A DNA stretch of 42,387 nucleotides from an uncultured Sphingomonadaceae bacterium. Lineage in GTDB: Bacteria > Pseudomonadota > Alphaproteobacteria > Sphingomonadales > Sphingomonadaceae. The notes under the pieces were generated by a model. It had not been told where the DNA came from. It worked only from the letters and a program-made list of their open reading frames with translations, and made no database searches. Positions within the stretch are counted from its first letter, which is position 1; each line of letters starts with the position of its first letter. A program made the position numbers and the translations under genes. Shown in pieces: positions 36,915 to 42,387 of this stretch. The DNA lies in contig CAXSHP010000003.1 of the NCBI GenBank assembly GCA_964236935.1, positions 1 through 42,387 of the forward strand, written 5' to 3'.

Positions 36915-39134
36915 TCAGTTGGATAGTTCGATCATTTTCTTCCGTGCGCCCTGACCATAAGCATAAGCTTCGCCGCCGTAGCCATAACCGTAGCCGTACC
37001 CATAGCCGCCGAGGCGCTCGCTGTATTTCGTCAGGACCGCGCCGATCAAGCGGCTGTTGGCGGCGCGCAGGCGGTTGACGGTGTTGACCGCCAGCGGACG
37101 ACGGGTCACTCCCGCCTCACAGATCACGATCGTGCCTTCGACGATCGCGCTGAGCAACGGCGCATCGGCCAGGCCCAAGACGGGCGGCCCATCGACGATG
37201 ACGATGTCGAACACGCCGACCAATGCCGCGAGGATCTCGCTCATCCGCGGTCCGCTGAGCAATTCCGCCGGATTGGGCGGGATCTGCCCGCTCGCCATGA
37301 TCGACAGATTCTCGGCGCCCGTTTCATGGATCGCCAGCCGCATGTCGATCGACCCGCCGGTCAGCAGGTTGGACAGTCCCGGCGCGTCGACCGCGTTGGT
37401 GCGGAAGGTCGGCTTGCGCAAGTCGGCGTCGACCAACAGGACCGATTTGCCCAGTCGCGCGAAACTCTGCGCAAGCGCGAGGGAGGTGCTCGACTTGCCC
37501 TCCGATGCGCGCGAACTCGTCACCAGCAGCGAGCGGGGAAGACCATGCTCGGTAGCGAATTCGAGCGAGCTGCGGACCGACGAATAGGCTTCGGCGACCG
37601 CGGAGCGCGGATCGCCTAGCAAGGCGATGAAATTCTCGTTCTTGCCGGCCTTGGGAATGACCCCGAGGGGGGTAAGGTTGAGCTTGCCGCGGACATCTTC
37701 GGGGGTGGTGATCGTGTCATCGATGAATTCTATCGCGAGCGCCGCGGCGAAACCGAGGCCAAGGCCGAGGATGATCCCGACCGCGATATTGAGCATCATG
37801 CGGGGTTTGATCGGCCGGGTCGGCAGCTCGGCGCGATCGACGATCGACACCAGATTCTCCCCGATCCCTCCGGCGATACCGACTTCCTTGAAGCGTTGCA
37901 GCAGGCCGTCGTACAGGGTCCGATTCGTGTCCACTTCGCGCTGGATGATATTGTACTGGATGCTGCGGCCGCGCAGATCGAGCACCGACGATTTGAGCGA
38001 ATTCACCTTGGCCTGAAGCTCGCGCTCGCGCGCGACGGCGGCGGCATAGTCCGAGCGCAACGCGCCGGACACGTTGCCGTTCTCGCGGCGCAGATCGGCC
38101 TGGGTCGAGTCGATCCGGATCCTGAGGCGCTGCATCGCCGGAAAATCCGGGCGATAGACATTGAGATTTTCGTCGTATTGCGCCTGGAGCTCGGCGAGCT
38201 TGGTGCGCAGCGCCTGCGCGGTCGGGCTTTGCAGCATTTCGCTGGTGCTGCGGTTGGTCTGCGCCTGACGATAACGCTGCTCCGCGGCGATGCGATCGTT
38301 CTGCGCCGCCGACAGCGCGTCGTTCGTCGCAATCAGCGACGAAGCCGCAAGCGAGCCGCCGGAATTGTCGCCGACGCCGTCCTTACCGCCGCTGCCGGCG
38401 TTGAGCGAGATGATGCCCTCGCGTTTGGCATAGGCGACTAGCAGCCGTTCCGATTGTTCCAGCCGGTCCTTCACCGTCGCGATGCGTTTCTGCAGGAAAT
38501 CGCGGGCGTAGGCAGTGGTTTCATAGCGCCGCTCAAGGTTCGACGAGATGAAATTGTCCGCGAAACCGTTGGCGACCGTCGCGGCCAAGCTGGGGTCGGC
38601 GTTATCGAAGCTTACCGCGACCAGCCGGCTGTTCTTCACCGGCTCGATCCGCAGGTTCCTGACCAGCGTATCGGCCGCCTGCTTCTCGCGCACATCGCGA
38701 GGCGCATCCTTCGCGACGACGGTGGCGTTATTCGAAAGATTCATCTGCCGCGCGACGCGCTCCGCCAGCGATCGGCTTTTCAGCAAACCATATTGGGTCG
38801 CCATATAATCCGAATCATTGACCTTGACCGGCTGGACATTGCCGACCTCGATCACCTGGGTCGGCTCCTGGTTGATCTCGAGTACGACCGTGCCGCGGTA
38901 GATCGGCGTCGTGAGCAACGTCACGGCGATGGGGATAGCGAGCCCGGCGGCGGCCACCCCGGCGATCAGACAGCGCCATTTCAGTAGGATACGCCAGATT
39001 TCGGCGATCGACAGATCGGGTCCCGCTTTCGAGACTGCCTGGATCGTCGACGGTACGGTCAATGCCCCGCCATTTGCCCGCTGCGGCAATTGTTCTGGAC
39101 CGCCGGGGGAGGAGACGAGAAAATTCTGATTCAA
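36915..39134 (-). CDS. wzc: Wzc/GumC polysaccharide co-polymerase with tyrosine autokinase domain
   Basis: Two TMs flanking a coiled coil; SEGKS, VDADLRKP, PNPAELL and VDGPP motifs; C-terminal Tyr cluster YGYGYGYG..YAY. Confidence 0.93.
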   Translation of the reverse strand: MNQNFLVSSPGGPEQLPQRANGGALTVPSTIQAVSKAGPDLSIAEIWRILLKWRCLIAGVAAAGLAIPIAVTLLTTPIYRGTVVLEINQEPTQVIEVGNVQPVKVNDSDYMATQYGLLKSRSLAERVARQMNLSNNATVVAKDAPRDVREKQAADTLVRNLRIEPVKNSRLVAVSFDNADPSLAATVANGFADNFISSNLERRYETTAYARDFLQKRIATVKDRLEQSERLLVAYAKREGIISLNAGSGGKDGVGDNSGGSLAASSLIATNDALSAAQNDRIAAEQRYRQAQTNRSTSEMLQSPTAQALRTKLAELQAQYDENLNVYRPDFPAMQRLRIRIDSTQADLRRENGNVSGALRSDYAAAVARERELQAKVNSLKSSVLDLRGRSIQYNIIQREVDTNRTLYDGLLQRFKEVGIAGGIGENLVSIVDRAELPTRPIKPRMMLNIAVGIILGLGLGFAAALAIEFIDDTITTPEDVRGKLNLTPLGVIPKAGKNENFIALLGDPRSAVAEAYSSVRSSLEFATEHGLPRSLLVTSSRASEGKSSTSLALAQSFARLGKSVLLVDADLRKPTFRTNAVDAPGLSNLLTGGSIDMRLAIHETGAENLSIMASGQIPPNPAELLSGPRMSEILAALVGVFDIVIVDGPPVLGLADAPLLSAIVEGTIVICEAGVTRRPLAVNTVNRLRAANSRLIGAVLTKYSERLGGYGYGYGYGYGGEAYAYGQGARKKMIELSN

Positions 39135-39202
39135 GGCAGGTTGTCCTGTGGCTTGATGTCGGGTGCCGCGCGGCGGGCTGCGGCTCGATAAGCGCAGCTA
39201 TT

Positions 39203-39904
39203 TCACAGCGGGCCAAACAAAGCGAGCAGCGGGATCGTCTGGATAAATTCGCGGAAGCCCCGCTTGAGGCCGGAACCGTCCACCACGACCACGTCGTTAC
39301 CGTAGAGCTTGGGGTCGGGTTGCTTGCCGGTGCGGATGGCGGAAAGGTCGAAGGCGGCGGCCTGGCGCTTGCCGTTCAACGTGCGGAAGACCACGACACG
39401 GCGCGGGTTGCCGTTATCGTCGACGCCGTGCGCCAGTGCGACGGCCTGGATCAACGACGTCGAGCCGGTGATCGGGAACACGCCGGGGCTCTTGACCGCG
39501 CCTTCGACCGTGATCCGCTCGCTCACCGCTTCCTTGACCGCAACCTGCACCTCGGGAGACTGCAAATAGCGGGCGCCCAGCTTCTCGCGCAGCCGATCGG
39601 CCAGCTCGCGCGGGGTAAGTCCCTGGGCAACGACGTCGCCGACCAGCGGCATCGTGATGACGCCCGTGGGATCGATCTGATGCTCGCCCGAAAGATCGGG
39701 CACCTGGAACACGGTGACGACGATCGTATCCAGCGCGCCGAGCCGATAGGCTTCGCTCACGGTCGGTGTCTTCGGCGCGTCGGGCGGTCCGAAGGTCGCG
39801 GGATCGTAGGGCAGATCGGTGCGCGGTCCCGCGGCGCACGATGCCACCAACAGCAGCAGGCAGCCGGAGACGACCCGGGGGCTGCGGCGGGCGGACTCGA
39901 CCAT
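39203..39904 (-). CDS. wza: Wza/OPX polysaccharide export lipoprotein
   Basis: Lipobox LVASC; YRLGALD, GVITMPLVG, VEGAVKSPG and DVVVV motifs. Confidence 0.9.
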   Translation of the reverse strand: MVESARRSPRVVSGCLLLLVASCAAGPRTDLPYDPATFGPPDAPKTPTVSEAYRLGALDTIVVTVFQVPDLSGEHQIDPTGVITMPLVGDVVAQGLTPRELADRLREKLGARYLQSPEVQVAVKEAVSERITVEGAVKSPGVFPITGSTSLIQAVALAHGVDDNGNPRRVVVFRTLNGKRQAAAFDLSAIRTGKQPDPKLYGNDVVVVDGSGLKRGFREFIQTIPLLALFGPL

Positions 39905-40167
39905 CGACACGAAACAACCCTTTTTGCCACGACACCGCGCGTCGTACGCACGGAGCCGGAGCGACCTCTCGCCCAACCGATTTCGACTGTGCCGAAACGA
40001 CGCTCAAAGAGCAAGGCTGGGATGTATCCGACGCGCATCCCCGCCGATCGGAGCTCTTCGCCCGCGCCTGCTTTCCCATCAAGCCGCTGAAGGCGGATGG
40101 TCCGAAAAAGAAAGACACCGGCCCAACCCCACCCTAAGTGCGGGGCAAAGCTGGGGCTGGCCGATCG

Positions 40168-42141
40168 ATGTGCGGAATTGCGGGGCTGCTCTCGGCCCGA
40201 CAGATCGACGAAATCACGATCCGCCGGATGACCGATGCGATCCGCCATCGCGGCCCCGACGACCAGGGGCTGTGGATCGACCGGGAGGCCGGCGTCGGCC
40301 TCGGCCATCGGCGGCTGTCGATCATCGATCTGACGCCTTCGGGTCACCAGCCGATGATCTCCGCGAGCGGGCGCTACGTGCTCAGCTACAATGGCGAGAT
40401 CTACAATCATGGCGCGCTGCGCGGCGAGGTCGAGGCGGCGGGCGGCGCGCCCGAGGGCGGTTGGCGCGGGCATTCGGATACCGAGACGTTGGTCGAGGCG
40501 ATCGCGCTGTGGGGGCTGAAGGATGCCCTCGGCAAATGCGTCGGGATGTTCGCGCTCGCGCTATGGGACCGCCGCGAGCGGATCTTGCAGCTCGCGCGCG
40601 ACCGTTTCGGCGAGAAGCCGCTCTATTACGGCTGGGTCGACGGCGATTTCCTGTTCGCCTCCGAGCTCAAGGCGCTCCGCAGCCATCCGGGTTTCCGCAA
40701 CGGCATCGATCGCAATGCGCTACGGACGTTCGCCGCGCGCACCTACATCCCGGCACCGCTGTCGATCTTCGAGCGCATCTTCAAGCTCGAGCCCGCCACG
40801 ATCCTCACGACGTCGGCGGCGGTATGCGGCCCCGGTTCGGCGCATGCGCCCGCGCACGACCGGCCGGTCGCGCATATCGCGATCGAGCCCTATTGGTCCT
40901 ATCGCGATATCGTCCGACGCGGCCTCGATCGCCCGATCACGGACGAGCGGGAGGCGCTGGAGCAGCTCGAAGAGGTGCTCGCCGAAGCGATCCGGCAGCA
41001 GTCGGTCGCGGATGTTCCCGTCGGCGCGTTCCTTTCCGGCGGAATCGATTCCTCCACCGTGGTCGCGCTGTACCGCAAATATTCCTCGGGCCAGATCCGC
41101 ACCTTCTCGATGGGCTTCGCCGAAGCCGGCTTCGACGAAGCGGTCTACGCAAAGGAGGTCGCCCGGCATTTCGGAACCGAGCATCACGAACATTATGTCA
41201 CCGTCGCCGAGGCGCAGGGTGTGATCCCGCTGCTGCCGACGATGTACGACGAGCCGTTCGGCGATTCCTCCCAGGTGCCGACCTTCCTCGTCAGCCGCTT
41301 CGCGCGCGAGCAGGTGACGGTCGCACTGTCCGGCGACGGGGGAGACGAGCTGTTCGGCGGATACAACCGCTATATCATGGCGCCGGCGATGTGGCGTCGG
41401 CTGGAGCGTCTCCCGCCCGCCGCGCGCATTGGGCTCGGCAAGGTCCTCGAGCGGATCCCGCCGCGCGGCTGGAACATGGCGATCCGGCTGCTGTCCGGAA
41501 GCCGGCGCCATCCGTCGTTCGGGACAAAGGTCCGCAAGGTCTTCCGGATGATGAAGACCGCCGACGGCCTCGACGATATCTTTCGCACATTCCTCGACGA
41601 ATGGTCGGGCGAGGCTTCGCCGGTGCTGCTCGACGGTGCCGCAGCGGAGGACAGGCCGTTCGATCTCCAGCTCGGCGGGGCCGCGTCCGATGAAGCGCGC
41701 ATGATGTATTGCGACGCCGTTTCGTATTTGCCCGACGACATACTGTGCAAGGTCGATCGCGCGGCGATGGCGGTGAGCCTCGAGACGCGGGTGCCATTCC
41801 TCGACCATCGCGTCGCCGAGCTCGCCGCGCGCATTCCGCCGAGCATGAAATTCAGCGACGGCAAGGGCAAGCAGATCCTCCGTCGGTTGCTCTATCGCGA
41901 GGCACCGGAGAAGCTGTTCGATCGCCCCAAGGCGGGCTTCGGCGTGCCGGTCGGCGAATGGATGCGGGGGCCGCTGCGGCCGTGGGCCGAAAGCCTGCTC
42001 GATGCCCGGCGCCTGCGCCAGGAGGGCTATTTCGACGCTGCCAAGGTTCAGGAGCGATGGCAGCAGCACCTGCGCGGCGAGCGCGATGCCACGGCGGCGT
42101 TGTGGAGCATATTGATGTTTCAGGCATGGAACGACGCCTAA
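40168..42141 (+). CDS. asnB: Asparagine synthase-family glutamine amidotransferase (polysaccharide-locus type)
   Basis: N-terminal MCGIAG; HRGPD, HRRLSI, NGEIYN, FLSGGIDSS, SGDGGDE, KVDRAAM and KAGF motifs. Confidence 0.93.
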   Translation: MCGIAGLLSARQIDEITIRRMTDAIRHRGPDDQGLWIDREAGVGLGHRRLSIIDLTPSGHQPMISASGRYVLSYNGEIYNHGALRGEVEAAGGAPEGGWRGHSDTETLVEAIALWGLKDALGKCVGMFALALWDRRERILQLARDRFGEKPLYYGWVDGDFLFASELKALRSHPGFRNGIDRNALRTFAARTYIPAPLSIFERIFKLEPATILTTSAAVCGPGSAHAPAHDRPVAHIAIEPYWSYRDIVRRGLDRPITDEREALEQLEEVLAEAIRQQSVADVPVGAFLSGGIDSSTVVALYRKYSSGQIRTFSMGFAEAGFDEAVYAKEVARHFGTEHHEHYVTVAEAQGVIPLLPTMYDEPFGDSSQVPTFLVSRFAREQVTVALSGDGGDELFGGYNRYIMAPAMWRRLERLPPAARIGLGKVLERIPPRGWNMAIRLLSGSRRHPSFGTKVRKVFRMMKTADGLDDIFRTFLDEWSGEASPVLLDGAAAEDRPFDLQLGGAASDEARMMYCDAVSYLPDDILCKVDRAAMAVSLETRVPFLDHRVAELAARIPPSMKFSDGKGKQILRRLLYREAPEKLFDRPKAGFGVPVGEWMRGPLRPWAESLLDARRLRQEGYFDAAKVQERWQQHLRGERDATAALWSILMFQAWNDA

Positions 42142-42168
42142 AGTTGGTTCGCTGAGATTAAACTATCA

Positions 42169-42271
42169 GTTCCCCGGCGAAGGCCGGGGCCCAGGTGGGA
42201 GACCCTGATTGATGGGCGTCGAGCCTGCCCCTGCGGCCTTCCCGACTGGACCCCGGCCTTCGCCGGGGAAC
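42169..42271. repeat. REP doublet with CCGGCGAAGGCCGG hairpin arms
   Basis: Inverted arms gttccccggcgaaggccggggcccag and ctggaccccggccttcgccggggaac. Confidence 0.85.
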
Positions 42272-42322
42272 GATTCACCAAGACGAAACCGACTGTAGGG
42301 CACTTTGGAATAAGTAATCCGC

Positions 42323-42387
42323 CCGCTCGCCCTGAGCCTGTCGAAGGGCTCTCCTCCTTTCAACCGAGCGAGCGAGAAGGAGGGGGC
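42323..42387. repeat. Left arm of a TGAG...TCGAA-type REP element, truncated by the window end
   Basis: ccgctcgccctgagcctgtcgaagggc shares the 13-mer tgagcctgtcgaa with the 13659-13808 element. Confidence 0.7.

Noticed and set aside
36955-37010. Gly-Tyr repeat in Wzc as a possible slippage or phase-variation tract
   Set aside because: Codons vary between units, and it is the expected autophosphorylation Tyr cluster.
39905-40167. Possible JUMPstart/ops element or structured RNA between wza and asnB
   Set aside because: No ops-like GGCGGTAG was found; only a weak imperfect inverted repeat near 40118-40163.
17484-42271. Polysaccharide locus as a REP-bounded mobile island
   Set aside because: Similar repeats are scattered through the housekeeping region too. 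There is no integrase, tRNA or target duplication, and the dehydrogenase gene lies outside the bounds.
138-42363. Numerous long antisense and alternate-frame ORFs in the track
   Set aside because: These are expected in high-GC DNA. They are Arg/Pro/Ala-rich, lack motifs and overlap well-supported genes.
4316-42387. Palindromic repeats as a CRISPR array or IS ends
   Set aside because: They are dispersed, have no repeat-spacer periodicity, and no cas, transposase or integrase gene is visible.

Overview
GC-rich alphaproteobacterial chromosome segment; gene order and repeat types suggest Sphingomonadaceae (inference). The left part (1 to ~16.1 kb) is housekeeping: hisA-hisF-hisE-HIT, amino-acid permease, PfkB kinase, queG, ABC-2 transporter, Tat-exported msrB, a polytopic membrane protein, a LytS/LytTR pair, a tocopherol/sterol-type methyltransferase and a ferredoxin reductase. 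The right part (~16.2-42.1 kb) is a Wzx/Wzy surface-polysaccharide locus. It encodes a UDP-HexNAc dehydrogenase, a priming transferase, a flippase, four GT4 enzymes, an EpsG-type polymerase, a separate O-antigen-ligase-family protein, Wzc, Wza, an AsnB-type amidotransferase and five class I SAM methyltransferases. An embedded cassette encodes a PPP phosphatase, a secreted C-terminally anchored protein, a PDZ-M48 protease and a VanZ-like protein. Two small genes fall below the ORF-track cutoff: a 57-aa protein consisting of a signal peptide joined almost directly to a PEP-CTERM-like motif, behind a sigma54-type promoter inside the his cluster, and a 36-aa Lys-rich peptide. Nine REP-like palindromic elements are present, including one nested element and one translated as a QueG tail. 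One polysaccharide-locus gene is frameshifted. All calls come from reading motifs by eye; no database searches were run, and refined start codons are estimates.
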